A program made the position numbers and the translations under genes. Positions 28,949 through 41,037 of a DNA stretch of 64,000 nt are shown here, piece after piece. Position 1 is the first letter of the stretch; every line of letters starts with the position of its first letter. Under the pieces are notes generated by a model, which worked only from the letters and a program-made list of their open reading frames with translations, was not told the origin of the DNA and made no database searches. The DNA comes from Pseudomonadota bacterium (lineage in GTDB: Bacteria > Bdellovibrionota_B > Oligoflexia > Silvanigrellales > Silvanigrellaceae), in contig JBDLRP010000013.1 in NCBI GenBank assembly GCA_039799905.1, forward strand, positions 1-64,000, read 5' to 3'.

Positions 28949-30132
28949 TGGTGCGAATTGCAAAACCACACCCACTTCTCGACAAACAGCTCCAGCAGGC
29001 AGGCTTACCATGGAGTTCGGTCTTGAGCACCGAAGACTGGGCGACTGCATGGGAGCAGCAAACAGCTCCTGACGAATTGAAAGACGATCTCGAATTTCTC
29101 GCCAGATGGCTTACAAACGGACAGCAAGCGGGAATGAATTTTCTGACGAAAAACACGCAGGCGCGTCAAGATGCAAGACTCATCTTTCCGCAAGTGTCAT
29201 CCATTCTTTCGGTGATCATCCCCTACGCGGCGGGTCGCACCACGCGCGGAACCGGCCCAACAAACCCAACGTCGGAATTGTCGCCAGAGGTTGAGGCCAC
29301 ATCCGTTTATGCGAAAACAGCACGCTACGCGCGCGTGCCTGACTACCACAAGGTCATTCGCAAAGAACTAGACCTGGCAATAAAACGTTGGCAAGCCGAT
29401 GCGATCGGAACGGGGCTCTTGCAGCAAGAGCAGCCGTGGCGTGTGGTCACCGACTCTCTGCCGTTTTTAGACAGGGCTCACGCACGCATCGCACGGCTTG
29501 GATTCATCGGCAAAAACACAATGCTGATACGCCCGGGGGTCGGCAGTTACTTTTTTGTGGCACATGTTCTTCTCTCAACTCCCTTTTCGCTTGCCGCCGA
29601 TCCAAACGCAGACAAACCGGTCGGCGCTGACGCCATCGCGGAATTATCTTGCGGCGATTGCCGCAAATGCATCGATGCATGCCCGACGGAGGCGCTCATT
29701 GCTCCGCGCCATCTGGATGCAAACAAATGTCTTTCATATTTGACGATTGAACACCGCGATGTAGTCGAAGAAAAATATCTAAAACATTTTTCGGAAAATT
29801 TTTATGGCTGTGACATTTGCCAAGACGCCTGTCCATACAATTACAAAACAGCCGGACTCACGACCCTCCAATCTTTTCACACTCCGCTCAAATCTCTGCA
29901 GCAAGTGACGATTGAAGATGTCGCGCTGATGACTCAGTCACAATACGAGAACTGGTTCGGCGGAACCGCCATGACACGGGCAAAGTACTCGGGCCTTGTT
30001 CGCAATGCGATTTATTCACTGCATGCCGGCAGTTCACCGGCGCTGACAAAGGTTCTTGACATGCGCAGAGAAGATCCAGACCCGCTGATCCGGACAACCG
30101 TCCATCAGATCAGCTCGCTCAATAAAGGTTAG
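28948..30132 (+). CDS. queG: Epoxyqueuosine reductase
   Basis: 'ARYA...DYH', 'GFIGKNTMLI', 'CGDCRKCIDACPT', 'CLSYLTIE', 'GCDICQDACP'. Confidence 0.95.
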   Translation: MVRIAKPHPLLDKQLQQAGLPWSSVLSTEDWATAWEQQTAPDELKDDLEFLARWLTNGQQAGMNFLTKNTQARQDARLIFPQVSSILSVIIPYAAGRTTRGTGPTNPTSELSPEVEATSVYAKTARYARVPDYHKVIRKELDLAIKRWQADAIGTGLLQQEQPWRVVTDSLPFLDRAHARIARLGFIGKNTMLIRPGVGSYFFVAHVLLSTPFSLAADPNADKPVGADAIAELSCGDCRKCIDACPTEALIAPRHLDANKCLSYLTIEHRDVVEEKYLKHFSENFYGCDICQDACPYNYKTAGLTTLQSFHTPLKSLQQVTIEDVALMTQSQYENWFGGTAMTRAKYSGLVRNAIYSLHAGSSPALTKVLDMRREDPDPLIRTTVHQISSLNKG

Positions 30133-31228
30133 TCTTGTTCCGTTCCGACAAATACTCGCGTGGCAGGCGGCCGACAGTCAGATCAACCTGGTCCGTTTGT
30201 TCCCTGCGAAAAACTCTCAACTGCAGAACCTGGCCGGGTCGCACGGAATTCATCAGATTCTGGAATTCACCCACGTCCAAAATTCTCCGACCATTGGCAG
30301 CAACCAAAATATCGCCCTGCCGCAGACCAGCCTTCTGCGCAGGTGACTCTCCAATCACGTGCTGAATCCTGACTCCAAACGTCTCGGAGGTCACTTTGTC
30401 GGGCAATAAATTTGCAAGGTTGATGCCAAGCCAGCTCAGTTTTGCCATTCCAGCGGGCTTGCGAAGTGTATCGAGAATTGGCTTGGCGACATCGGTGGGA
30501 ATGGCAAATGAGATTCCGCGCGCGTCCGACAACAGTGCCGTGTTGATGCCGATCACTTCGCCTTTGACATTGAACAGCGGACCACCAGAATTTCCAGGAT
30601 TGATGGCAGCATCCGTCTGTAAGAAATTATCAAAGGGTCCTTCACCAATGGTGCGTCCTTTGGCCGACAACAGACCGGAGGTGACTGTGTGGCCGAAGCC
30701 GAAGGGGTTTCCGATCGCAAATACGGCCTCTCCGATGCGTGATTTCTGACTGTTTCCAAACTTCAAAACACGCGCCTTCGACCAGGGATTGTCGAGTTTG
30801 AGCAGCGCAAGATCAGCTTGCTGATTATAACCTACCAGCTTTGCGGAGAGTCCCCATTTCTGGTTTGCGGGTACGATCTCAATACTCATGGCAGACTTCA
30901 CGACATGGTAATTTGTAACGACAAAAGATGAATTGTGAAAAAAGAATCCCGAGCCGCGTGAACGCGGGAGTTCCTGTTGAATCATCTCGAGCGGAGCAAC
31001 GAAGAGCTTAAAAAAAGGATCAAGCGCCTCAGCGGATTTCCTATCGCCGGAAACCTCACGCGCCGAATCCTCGCCCTTGCCGCTGTGCGGCTTGTCTCGG
31101 GTTCTTATGTTGACAACGCCGGGCAAGACCTTTTCAACAACGTCGGCAATCGACACCAGCTGAAACGCCTGCGCCGACCGCACAGTCACGGGCGAACTGA
31201 CGGCCAAAAGAAGAAATATCCTCAACAT
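30119..31228 (-). CDS. HtrA/DegP-family serine protease with one PDZ domain
   Basis: 'TNYHVV', 'DLALLK', 'QTDAAINPGNSGGPL', PDZ 'SPAQKAGLRQGD'. Start set at MLRIFLLL (signal peptide). Confidence 0.93.
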   Translation of the reverse strand: MLRIFLLLAVSSPVTVRSAQAFQLVSIADVVEKVLPGVVNIRTRDKPHSGKGEDSAREVSGDRKSAEALDPFFKLFVAPLEMIQQELPRSRGSGFFFHNSSFVVTNYHVVKSAMSIEIVPANQKWGLSAKLVGYNQQADLALLKLDNPWSKARVLKFGNSQKSRIGEAVFAIGNPFGFGHTVTSGLLSAKGRTIGEGPFDNFLQTDAAINPGNSGGPLFNVKGEVIGINTALLSDARGISFAIPTDVAKPILDTLRKPAGMAKLSWLGINLANLLPDKVTSETFGVRIQHVIGESPAQKAGLRQGDILVAANGRRILDVGEFQNLMNSVRPGQVLQLRVFRREQTDQVDLTVGRLPREYLSERNKTNLY

Positions 31229-31420
31229 ACTTGGAAAATTCAAACAACGCCCCCGCTTCTCAAGCTCGCAGCGCAAACTTCGTCCAAATCCAATTCCATC
31301 ATATTAAACGCTGCGGTGCTGGTACCGGACGCATCCTGCCCGTGCCAATCACATGACAAACACAGGGCGAGTCGCTATGGTCAGCGCAACCGTCCAGCGG
31401 CGGGCAAAGAGGGGCTTCGT

Positions 31421-32191
31421 ATGAAAAAAATACTTTTGTTCTGGAGGTTCAGCATTCTCTTGGGGTGTGTGTGCGCCTGCACCAGCGTGCCGTCTCTTCG
31501 GCAGGGTGTTCAGCCGGACTCGGTTGCCCTCAACCCGGCAAGAATTGCAGCCTTCCCGACGCTGATGATCCCGCACCCGAGTGAACCGGCCTCACTCGAT
31601 CCGGCGTCTCTGATGTCGGGTGACGTATCCGCGTCCGTTGAATCAAAAATTCTCGCCGCATTCCGCAACCAACCGGGTGTGAATGGCATTGCTTTTCAAA
31701 CGGTGCGCAATTCACTGAAGAATAATCCCAGCCTGTCGGCCGGCATCGAAAACGAAATCCGCAACATGGGGCAGCTTGTCAACAGCGGCTCTGCAAGGGA
31801 AACACTTCTGTTGACCGCAGAATGTCGTGCGCGCAGAAATTTTCTCGACTTTTACAAGCACTGCCTGCTCAAATCACAAAGCTGGGTGGCGTTGCTGAAC
31901 CAATTTTCATTGGCCGTGCAAAATTCGGATTCCGTGCTCATTCCTGTTGTCACGTCCTTGGAAAAGTCGACGTATAAAGGTCAGTACCAGATCCGTTTCG
32001 CAATTTCGCTGTTGCTCATCGACACCAACAGCGGCCGCTTGATCTGGGGCAGAGACGTGACCGCCCGCATTGATTCGGTCGCAGGGGCAAAACAATTTCC
32101 GGAACTAAAACTTGCCTACGACAAGATCTTTACTGAAGATTTTTGGGCAGAATTTCCGGGACGCCGGGCAAAATCCGAGGCCGCGAAATAA
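31421..32191 (+). CDS. Hypothetical lipoprotein
   Basis: GAGGGG SD, then MKK plus hydrophobic stretch and 'VCAC' lipobox; 'LIDTNSGRLIWG' recalls CsgG/LpoB-like folds. The ORF-track start (30977) overlaps htrA and is rejected. Confidence 0.7.
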   Translation: MKKILLFWRFSILLGCVCACTSVPSLRQGVQPDSVALNPARIAAFPTLMIPHPSEPASLDPASLMSGDVSASVESKILAAFRNQPGVNGIAFQTVRNSLKNNPSLSAGIENEIRNMGQLVNSGSARETLLLTAECRARRNFLDFYKHCLLKSQSWVALLNQFSLAVQNSDSVLIPVVTSLEKSTYKGQYQIRFAISLLLIDTNSGRLIWGRDVTARIDSVAGAKQFPELKLAYDKIFTEDFWAEFPGRRAKSEAAK

Positions 32192-32221
32192 GCAACCGGC
32201 CACATCTGCGAGGAACAGACT

Positions 32222-33844
32222 ATGTCAGAGAAAAATAAAACAACTGCCAAGATGCGTGCAGACAAGTTTGTCACAGCATCAAATTCTGAAGTTGCACCGC
32301 TGTACACCCAATCAGATTTGCAACCTCCCGCAGAGTATCAACCGGAGCTTGGTGCCCCGGGAGAATATCCGTTCACTCGCGGCGTACACCCGACCATGTA
32401 CCGGAGTCAGTTCTGGACCATGCGTCAATATGCGGGATTTGCTACTGCAGAAGAGTCGAATGCGCGGTACCGATACCTGCTCGAGCAAGGGCAAACCGGA
32501 CTCAGCGTCGCCTTCGACCTGCCGACGCAGATTGGCTACGACTCTGATTCCGAACAGGCAACCGGTGAGGTCGGCAAAGTGGGTGTCGCCATCGACACAC
32601 TTGCCGACATGGAGATTCTGCTGAGAGGCATCCCGCTCGACAAGATTTCCACGTCGATGACCATCAACGCTTCAGCCAGCGTGCTACTCGCGATGTACAT
32701 CGCCGTCGGCGAAAAGCAGGGCGTATCCGCAAATCAACTGCGCGGCACAATACAAAATGACATCCTGAAGGAATACATCGCCCGCGGCACCTATATTTTT
32801 CCGCCGCGCCCGTCGATGCGGCTCATCACCGACATCTTTGCATTCTGTAAGGAAAACGTGCCGCAGTGGAACACCATTTCCATCAGTGGGTACCACATCC
32901 GCGAAGCCGGCAGCACGGCTGCAGAAGAGGTCGGCTTCACGCTCGCCAACGGCATTGCCTATGTTCAGGCGGCCGTGAATGCAGGCCTTGACGTCGATGA
33001 TTTTGCGCCGCGTTTGAGCTTCTTTTTCAATGCTTTTACCGACCTGCTCGAAGAGGTTGGTAAATTCAGAGCCGCACGCCGACTGTGGGCCAAAATCATG
33101 CGCGAACGATTCAAGGCCAAAAATCCAAAGAGCTGGATGCTGCGCTTTCATACACAAACGGCAGGTTCGACACTCACAGCGCAACAACCCGACAACAACA
33201 TTGTCCGAGTTGCGATCCAGGGACTCGCCGCAGTGCTTGGCGGAACACAAAGTTTGCACACAAACTCACGCGACGAAGCGTTGGCTCTGCCAAGTGAAGA
33301 ATCCGCTCGCATCGCACTGCGCACGCAACAGATCATCGCTCATGAATCAGGAGTGGCGGAAACCGTCGATCCGCTCGCAGGCTCCTACTATGTAGAAGCG
33401 ACCACCGACCGCATCGAACGCGAGGCTGCTGCTCTCATCGATAAAATTGATGAGCTGGGCGGCGTGATTCCCGCCATCGAGCAGGGATTTATCCAGGCAT
33501 CGATTCAGCAGTCAGCATACGTTTATCAGAAAGACATCGAATCAGAAAAACGCATCATCGTCGGAGTCAACAAGTTCAACCTGAACGAGCCGCCACCGAA
33601 GGGTTTGCTGAGAATTTCCAAAGCAGTGGAAGAAAACCAAATTACCAAACTGCGCAAAATAAAGGCAGAGCGTGACAATGCCCGCGTAAATACCGCGCTC
33701 GCCGAACTTAAGAAGGCAGCCCAATCAGAGGCCAATCTGATGCCTTTCATCCTTGAGGCCGTGCGCGGCTATGCCAGCGTGGGCGAGATCTGCAACACAC
33801 TGCGCGAAGTCTTTGGCGAATACAAAGAACACATTATTCTTTGA
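32222..33844 (+). CDS. Methylmalonyl-CoA mutase, substrate-binding (N-terminal) subunit
   Basis: 'PGEYPFTRG', 'WTMRQYAGF', '[11 protein letters not shown]', '[11 protein letters not shown]', 'SGYHIREAG', 'GGTQSLHTN'; no DxHxxG B12 domain. Confidence 0.95.
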   Translation: MSEKNKTTAKMRADKFVTASNSEVAPLYTQSDLQPPAEYQPELGAPGEYPFTRGVHPTMYRSQFWTMRQYAGFATAEESNARYRYLLEQGQTGLSVAFDLPTQIGYDSDSEQATGEVGKVGVAIDTLADMEILLRGIPLDKISTSMTINASASVLLAMYIAVGEKQGVSANQLRGTIQNDILKEYIARGTYIFPPRPSMRLITDIFAFCKENVPQWNTISISGYHIREAGSTAAEEVGFTLANGIAYVQAAVNAGLDVDDFAPRLSFFFNAFTDLLEEVGKFRAARRLWAKIMRERFKAKNPKSWMLRFHTQTAGSTLTAQQPDNNIVRVAIQGLAAVLGGTQSLHTNSRDEALALPSEESARIALRTQQIIAHESGVAETVDPLAGSYYVEATTDRIEREAAALIDKIDELGGVIPAIEQGFIQASIQQSAYVYQKDIESEKRIIVGVNKFNLNEPPPKGLLRISKAVEENQITKLRKIKAERDNARVNTALAELKKAAQSEANLMPFILEAVRGYASVGEICNTLREVFGEYKEHIIL

Positions 33845-33910
33845 TCTCAGGGTATAATGGCCTGCTGTTTTTGAAAGTCCGCTCACGCGGCATTCACCCC
33901 CAGCCGCTCA

Positions 33911-33939
33911 CTTGACAGTCCTTCGAGGCCGCTTAGGTT
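33911..33939 (+). promoter_or_regulatory. Putative groESL promoter (TTGACA-16-TAGGTT)
   Basis: Perfect -35 hexamer; the same extended motif occurs upstream of dnaJ. Confidence 0.55.
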
Positions 33940-34056
33940 CCCATCCGCCAGACGCCAGGTCCACCGACCATGAGCCCGTCTCGAGTCTTTTGACGGGTCA
34001 TTGTGCAATCGCCTGAGTGTTTGATATGGATAGCCCACTTTTAACTAGGAGGTCTC

Positions 34057-34347
34057 ATGAAAGTCCGTCCCCTCGCTGATCGAATCCTTGTGAAGCGCGT
34101 TGAGGAAGAAACCAAAACTGCAGGCGGAATCCTGATTCCGGACAACGCCAAGGAAAAGCCGATGGAAGCTTCCGTCGTTGCAGTCGGAAATGGCAAAGTT
34201 CTCGCCGACGGCAAAGTGCGTCCGCTCGAAATCAAGGTCGGTGACCGCGTTCTGTTCAGCAAATACAGCGGAACAGAAATCAAACTCGACGGTACCGAGC
34301 ATCTGATCCTCCGCGAAGACGACATTCTCGGAATCATCAACAACTAA
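34057..34347 (+). CDS. groES: Co-chaperonin GroES
   Basis: '[11 protein letters not shown]...[15 protein letters not shown]...[20 protein letters not shown]'; AGGAGG SD. Confidence 0.99.
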   Translation: MKVRPLADRILVKRVEEETKTAGGILIPDNAKEKPMEASVVAVGNGKVLADGKVRPLEIKVGDRVLFSKYSGTEIKLDGTEHLILREDDILGIINN

Positions 34348-34376
34348 GTTCATAATTTAATCGACTGATGTTCTAA

Positions 34377-36029
<1,653 letters not shown>

Positions 36030-36086
36030 TTCAGCCACAAAGCGTCAACGAGGTGAACTTTACCTCGACTGCGTTACTTTTTACTC

Positions 36087-36117
36087 GGGCCTCGCAATAG
36101 CGAGGCCCTTGTTTTTT
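36087..36117 (+). terminator. Intrinsic terminator after groEL
   Basis: GGGCCTCGC-aata-GCGAGGCCC perfect 9-bp stem followed by TTGTTTTTT. Confidence 0.85.
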
Positions 36118-36212
36118 GTGTAGTGTTTTTGGTGATCGCAAAATCTGTTGAAAAGCCATGACTCGCGATTGCAAGTCTGGCAGCGCAACCGTCATTTCCG
36201 AGGAGTGTCTCA

Positions 36213-37376
36213 ATGAACGTCCATGAGTATCAGGCCAAAGAACTGTTGGCTAAATTCGGCCTGAACATCCCGAAGGGAAAACTCTGCCACACCCCAACCG
36301 AAGCTGAGTGGGCTGCACGCTCATTCGGGCCCGACAGCCTCTGCGTTGTCAAAGCACAAATCCATGCCGGCGGACGCGGCAAAGGCGGCGGCGTCAAGCT
36401 TGCCCGCACTCCAGACGAAGCACGCGAATGGGCAAGCAAGATTATCGGCATGCAACTGGTGACACCGCAAACCGGACACCAAGGAAAAAAAGTACACAAA
36501 GTGCTGGTGGCTCAGGGCTCCGACATTGCAAAAGAGTACTATCTGAGCCTTGTGGTCAACCGTGAAACCGACGCAATTGGTGTCATGGCGTCCACGGAAG
36601 GCGGCATGGATATTGAGGAAGTCGCTGAAAAACATCCGGAAAAAATTGTCACTGCAAACATCGATCCAACAGTCGGCCTGATGCCCTTCACCACCCGAAT
36701 GATGTGCGCGCGGTTGGGTTTCACCGGACCGCTCGCAAAAGAATTCGACAAAACGCTGCGCGGTCTTTTCAACGCCTTCATGGCCTACGACTGCTCAATG
36801 ATCGAAATCAACCCGCTGGCTGTCACCAAAGACGGACAGATGCAGATACTCGACTGCAAAATGGCATTCGATGAGAATGCACTCTACCGCCATCCGGAAA
36901 TTCAAGATCTGCGTGACTACGAAGAAGAAGATGCGCGTGAGTTAGAAGCTTCAAAATTCGGTCTGAGCTATGTTTCTCTGGAAGGCAACATCGGCTGTCT
37001 TGTCAACGGCGCCGGACTCGCCATGGCGACAATGGACATCATCAAGCAAAAGGGTGGACAACCCGCCAACTTCCTTGATGTCGGCGGCGGTGCAAACCAG
37101 GAAACCGTGACTCAGGCATTTAGAATTATTCTCAAAGATGCGGCCGTGCGCGGAATATTCGTCAACATTTTCGGCGGCATCATGAAGTGTGACGTCATTG
37201 CCAACGGTATCGTCGCGGCCGCGCGCGAACTTGGCCTCAAGGTTCCGCTCGTTGTCCGTCTCGAAGGCACCAACGTGGAAGTCGGCAAAAAGATTTTGGG
37301 AGACTCGGGTCTCAACATTATCGCGGCCAACTCGATGAGTGACGGTGCCGAGAAGATTGTCCACGCGGTGCGCTGA
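36213..37376 (+). CDS. sucC: Succinyl-CoA synthetase beta subunit
   Basis: 'MNVHEYQAK', '[15 protein letters not shown]', '[11 protein letters not shown]', 'ANFLDVGGG'. Confidence 0.98.
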   Translation: MNVHEYQAKELLAKFGLNIPKGKLCHTPTEAEWAARSFGPDSLCVVKAQIHAGGRGKGGGVKLARTPDEAREWASKIIGMQLVTPQTGHQGKKVHKVLVAQGSDIAKEYYLSLVVNRETDAIGVMASTEGGMDIEEVAEKHPEKIVTANIDPTVGLMPFTTRMMCARLGFTGPLAKEFDKTLRGLFNAFMAYDCSMIEINPLAVTKDGQMQILDCKMAFDENALYRHPEIQDLRDYEEEDARELEASKFGLSYVSLEGNIGCLVNGAGLAMATMDIIKQKGGQPANFLDVGGGANQETVTQAFRIILKDAAVRGIFVNIFGGIMKCDVIANGIVAAARELGLKVPLVVRLEGTNVEVGKKILGDSGLNIIAANSMSDGAEKIVHAVR

Positions 37377-37441
37377 ACGCGCACAACCTGCGACAGTTGC
37401 ATTTATTCGCTTTAAAACATTGAATCACGAGGATTTCTTCA

Positions 37442-38317
37442 ATGGCTATTCTGGTTGGCAAAGACACACGCCTCATTTGTCAGGGCATCACCGGCAGCGC
37501 CGGCCATTTTCATTCTGAAAAATGTGCAGAGTATGGCACCAACTTGGTCGGCGGTGTGACACCCGGCAAAGGTGGAACGCGCACGCTCGACAGACCGATT
37601 TTCAACACCGTCTATGAAGCCCGCAAAGAAGTGGGCGCCAACGCCACTATGATCTTTGTTCCTCCGCCATTTGCGGGTGATGCAATTCTCGAAGCCATCG
37701 ATGCGGGAATCGAACTCATTGTGGCGATCACCGAGGGAATCCCAGTGCTCGACATGTTGCGCGTCAAGAAAGCGCTCGGCCATGCCAATGGTAAAAGCCG
37801 TCTGATTGGCCCAAACTGCCCTGGCGTCATCACTCCCGGAGCTTGCAAAATCGGCATCATGCCGGGCCACATCCACAAACCAGGACGCATTGGCGTTGTT
37901 TCCAAATCGGGAACACTCACCTATGAAGCAGTCGGACAACTCTCGGCTCTGGGCATCGGGCAAAGCTCTTGTGTGGGTATCGGTGGCGACCCGCTGCATG
38001 GCACAAGCTTTATCGACGTTCTCGACCTCTTCAACAAAGACGCCGACACTGATGCTGTCATCATGATCGGTGAAATCGGTGGTGCCTCGGAAATTCAGGC
38101 TGCTGAATGGATCAAGGCGAACATGAAAAAACCAGTGGTGGGTTTTGTTGCCGGTCAGACTGCACCCAAAGGCAAGCGCATGGGGCACGCCGGCGCGATC
38201 ATTTCGGGTGGCAAAGGTACGGCGGCCGAAAAATACGAAGCCATGCGCGCATGCGGAATCCACACGGTTCTCAGTGCCGGAGAAATTGGTGAAACTCTCA
38301 AAAAAGCTCTGAGATAA
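37442..38317 (+). CDS. sucD: Succinyl-CoA synthetase alpha subunit
   Basis: 'QGITG', 'GVTPGKGG', 'IGPNCPG', '[10 protein letters not shown]', phospho-His motif 'MGHAGA'. Confidence 0.98.
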   Translation: MAILVGKDTRLICQGITGSAGHFHSEKCAEYGTNLVGGVTPGKGGTRTLDRPIFNTVYEARKEVGANATMIFVPPPFAGDAILEAIDAGIELIVAITEGIPVLDMLRVKKALGHANGKSRLIGPNCPGVITPGACKIGIMPGHIHKPGRIGVVSKSGTLTYEAVGQLSALGIGQSSCVGIGGDPLHGTSFIDVLDLFNKDADTDAVIMIGEIGGASEIQAAEWIKANMKKPVVGFVAGQTAPKGKRMGHAGAIISGGKGTAAEKYEAMRACGIHTVLSAGEIGETLKKALR

Positions 38318-38347
38318 ACGTAAACTTAGCAGCAATTGAAAACCCAT

Positions 38348-38390
38348 GCGTGCCAGCCGAGTGACACACAACGGCTGGCACGCTTTTTAT
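38348..38390 (+). terminator. Intrinsic terminator after sucD
   Basis: 12-bp perfect stem GCGTGCCAGCCG/CGGCTGGCACGC followed by TTTTTAT. Confidence 0.85.
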
Positions 38391-38511
38391 TTCCCAGCCT
38401 GAGAAACTATACTGACCCCTTGTCAACAGAAGCTGTTGATTGCTCAACCTGTCGCTGAGTCAGCATTCGCTATTGCTGTTGCCTGCTGTTCATCTCATGG
38501 AGGTTTCCGTC

Positions 38512-39093
38512 ATGAAAAATCTGATTGTTCTCTGCCATCCCAATCCGATGAGCTTTACTTACGCAATCTGCAAGGAAATCGAGACTGCGCTCAAGGCAAA
38601 AGGCGAATCGTTCATCACGAGAAATCTCTACGAAATGAACTTCAATCCGATTCTTTCGGGTGCGGACTTTGCACAGTTGAACGCCGGAAAAATTCCTTTC
38701 GACATCGCAGAGGAACAGAAGCACATCGCGTCTGCGCAAAATATTATTTTTGTCTATCCCATCTGGTGGACGGGTTTGCCGGCCATGCTGAAGGGCTATG
38801 TGGATCGTGTTTTCCTCAAGGGTTTTGCTTGGGATTTCGACAACAACGGTCTGAAGAAACTGTTGACCGGAAAGCGCGCTCTGTTGGTTTCGTGCCATGG
38901 AAACCCCAGAGAATATTATGAGTCGGTCGGCATGTACAACGCAATGAACATGACTTCCAACAACGGCATCTTTGAATTTTGCGGCGTAGAAGTTGCCGCG
39001 CATCAGTATTTTGATTCGGTTCCGTCCAGCACGGAAGAAACGCGCAAACAGATGTTGGCGCAGGTTCGCGAGCTGGTTGCGAATCTGAAATAA
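38512..39093 (+). CDS. NAD(P)H-dependent oxidoreductase, flavodoxin-2 fold (MdaB/KefF-like)
   Basis: GGAGG SD before ATG 38512; 'HPNPMSF', 'YPIWWTGLPAMLKGYVDRVF..GFA'. Confidence 0.92.
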   Translation: MKNLIVLCHPNPMSFTYAICKEIETALKAKGESFITRNLYEMNFNPILSGADFAQLNAGKIPFDIAEEQKHIASAQNIIFVYPIWWTGLPAMLKGYVDRVFLKGFAWDFDNNGLKKLLTGKRALLVSCHGNPREYYESVGMYNAMNMTSNNGIFEFCGVEVAAHQYFDSVPSSTEETRKQMLAQVRELVANLK

Positions 39094-39097
39094 ATCT

Positions 39098-40330
39098 TTG
39101 GCAGCAAAGGAGTTGGAATTGAATCCAAAAAACGTCACACCTCGCACGAGGCGCTGGTTTTTGTCTTCATCCGCTCTCGCGCTGACGGCAGCTTTTTCTT
39201 ATGTAAAGAGGGCTATGAGCTCAGAACCAATCAAAGCCAACCTTTCTTCCGCTGACAAAAACAGTGCTGCGGCGCGTGCGGCACGCGCGGCGAGGCAGGC
39301 ACGCAAAGCGGCATCACCGCAGTGGCGCGACGGCAAATTTCGCAATGAGCTTCCCGAAGTCACGCGGATGAAGGACGCCATCGGTAAATTGCTGACTTCA
39401 CGCAATCGCACTCCAGAGCAGCCGATTCCGACAGTCACTCGCAAGCGCGCAGATTTCGATCTGCATCCTGTTTCCGGACTGCGCATCACATGGGTGGGAC
39501 ACTCTTCGCTGCTGGTCGAAATCGAGGGGAAAAGATTTCTCACCGATCCGGTCTGGGGCGAACGGGCATCGCCCGTGTCATTCGCAGGACCAAAGAGATT
39601 CTTTCCCGCGCCGCTTCCGCTCAGTGAAATGCCGAAACTTGATGCCGTCGTTCTTTCCCACGATCACTACGACCACTACTGCCGGGAAACGATTGAATTC
39701 CTCGCCAAGACCGATGTTCCTTTCATTGTTCCGCTGGGTGTCGCAGACAGGCTCGAAGAACATGGAATCCATCACGAACGCGTCCGCGAATTCGACTGGT
39801 GGGAGGAGCTGTCGTTTGGAAATGTGAAACTTGCATGCGTACCGGCCCGGCATTTCTCAGGACGCACGCTGCTCGACCGCAACTCCACTCTGTGGTGCGG
39901 CTGGGCATTTGTTGGTCAGAGCAAGCGTTTCTACTTCAGCGGTGACACGGCCTATTTCAACGGTTTCAAAGATATCGGCAACAAATATGGTCCGTTTGAT
40001 GTCGCGGCAATTGAGTCGGCTGCCTACAATTCTGCATGGCCCGACGTTCACATCGGGCCTGAACAAGCCATCCAAGCATGTCTCGATGCGCGCGGCAGTG
40101 TTTATCTTCCCATTCATTGGGCGACGTTCAACCTGTCGACCCACAGCTGGACAGAACCGGGAGAACGGCTTCTCGTCAAAGCAAAATCCGTCGGACTTCC
40201 CCTGGTTCTGCCCAAACCGGGTGAAAGTGTCGATCCCGCGCAGCTTTCAAACACTCTCTACAAAAAGTGGTGGCCCGATGTTGCTTGGGAAACCGCCGAA
40301 CAGAGCCCCGTAGTCTCGACGGGAATTTAG
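39098..40330 (+). CDS. MBL-fold metallo-hydrolase (NAPE-PLD/RomA-like), probable Tat substrate
   Basis: 'TRRWFL' twin-arginine motif; 'TWVGHSS', 'TDPVW', 'SHDHYDH', 'PARHFSGR', 'SGDT', 'PIHWATF'. Confidence 0.9.
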   Translation: MAAKELELNPKNVTPRTRRWFLSSSALALTAAFSYVKRAMSSEPIKANLSSADKNSAAARAARAARQARKAASPQWRDGKFRNELPEVTRMKDAIGKLLTSRNRTPEQPIPTVTRKRADFDLHPVSGLRITWVGHSSLLVEIEGKRFLTDPVWGERASPVSFAGPKRFFPAPLPLSEMPKLDAVVLSHDHYDHYCRETIEFLAKTDVPFIVPLGVADRLEEHGIHHERVREFDWWEELSFGNVKLACVPARHFSGRTLLDRNSTLWCGWAFVGQSKRFYFSGDTAYFNGFKDIGNKYGPFDVAAIESAAYNSAWPDVHIGPEQAIQACLDARGSVYLPIHWATFNLSTHSWTEPGERLLVKAKSVGLPLVLPKPGESVDPAQLSNTLYKKWWPDVAWETAEQSPVVSTGI

Positions 40331-40517
40331 TCACTGTCGAAGGATTTTTCACTGCCGAAAAATTTGACGAAAAAATAGTTTTTATTGGCACAGTAAACCA
40401 TATTTGCCGTGGTTTATTTTTATCAATTTTTAATCTTGCAATGGCTTGCAAATTTCCTCATCAGTGACCTCCAGCGGACTAAGAATGTCCTGCACCATTA
40501 TTTAGAGGAGGGTTACC

Positions 40518-40958
40518 ATGAAGGTTGTATTGTCGGTTCTCGCACTTTCCGTATCGGGTTCGTTCGCATCCATGGCCGCCGCACCAGTTATGGCATTCAC
40601 AGCCAGCGCGCAAAAATCGCCTCAAGCCAAAGTAGCTCTCAAAGCACGTGTCGTGCTCACACAGGCCGATTTGCAGGGTGATTTCGGAAGACAGTCGTCG
40701 GCCGGCAGCAGCTCGCGCAGCGCGCTCATTGGCGAAAGTGGAAGAGCCGGAAAGAGTGTCTTGATTGGCGAGGCTGGCCGCACAGCATTGATTGGCACTA
40801 ACGGACGCGGTGCTCTCATTGGCGAAAACGGAAAACTCCTCATCGGCGAGAACGGGCGCGGAGCGCTCATTGGAGAAAACGGTCGCAGTGCACTCATCGG
40901 TGAAGGTGGACGCGGAGCGCTCATTGGCGAAGGCGGTCGCACACTTCGCAACCCATAA
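40518..40958 (+). CDS. Small secreted protein with eight xLIG(E/T)xG(R/K) tandem repeats
   Basis: Strong GAGGAGG SD; Sec-type signal peptide; repeats conserved in amino acids but with different synonymous codons. Confidence 0.85.
   Translation: MKVVLSVLALSVSGSFASMAAAPVMAFTASAQKSPQAKVALKARVVLTQADLQGDFGRQSSAGSSSRSALIGESGRAGKSVLIGEAGRTALIGTNGRGALIGENGKLLIGENGRGALIGENGRSALIGEGGRGALIGEGGRTLRNP
40722..40943 (+). repeat. Degenerate ~27-bp coding tandem repeat, 8 units
   Basis: Recurring (c/t)t(c/g)at(t/c)gg...gg units encoding ALIGENGRG-like peptides. Confidence 0.9.
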
Positions 40959-41037
40959 TTTACATCGCCCGAATCTCTTCAAAACAAAATTCGCCGTCCT
41001 GCTCAACCGCAGCGGGGCGGTACTCTCGCGTCAGCGA

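Noticed and set aside
30977..31420. N-terminal extension of the 404-aa ORF
   Set aside because: Overlaps htrA on the opposite strand; the SD and lipoprotein signal indicate a start at 31421.
33845..34056. CIRCE element or RNA thermometer upstream of groES
   Set aside because: No TTAGCACTC-N9-GAGTGCTAA; the hairpin at ~33970-34001 does not sequester the SD.
40722..40943. CRISPR-like array
   Set aside because: Units are contiguous, in-frame and vary at synonymous positions; no unique spacers and no cas genes.
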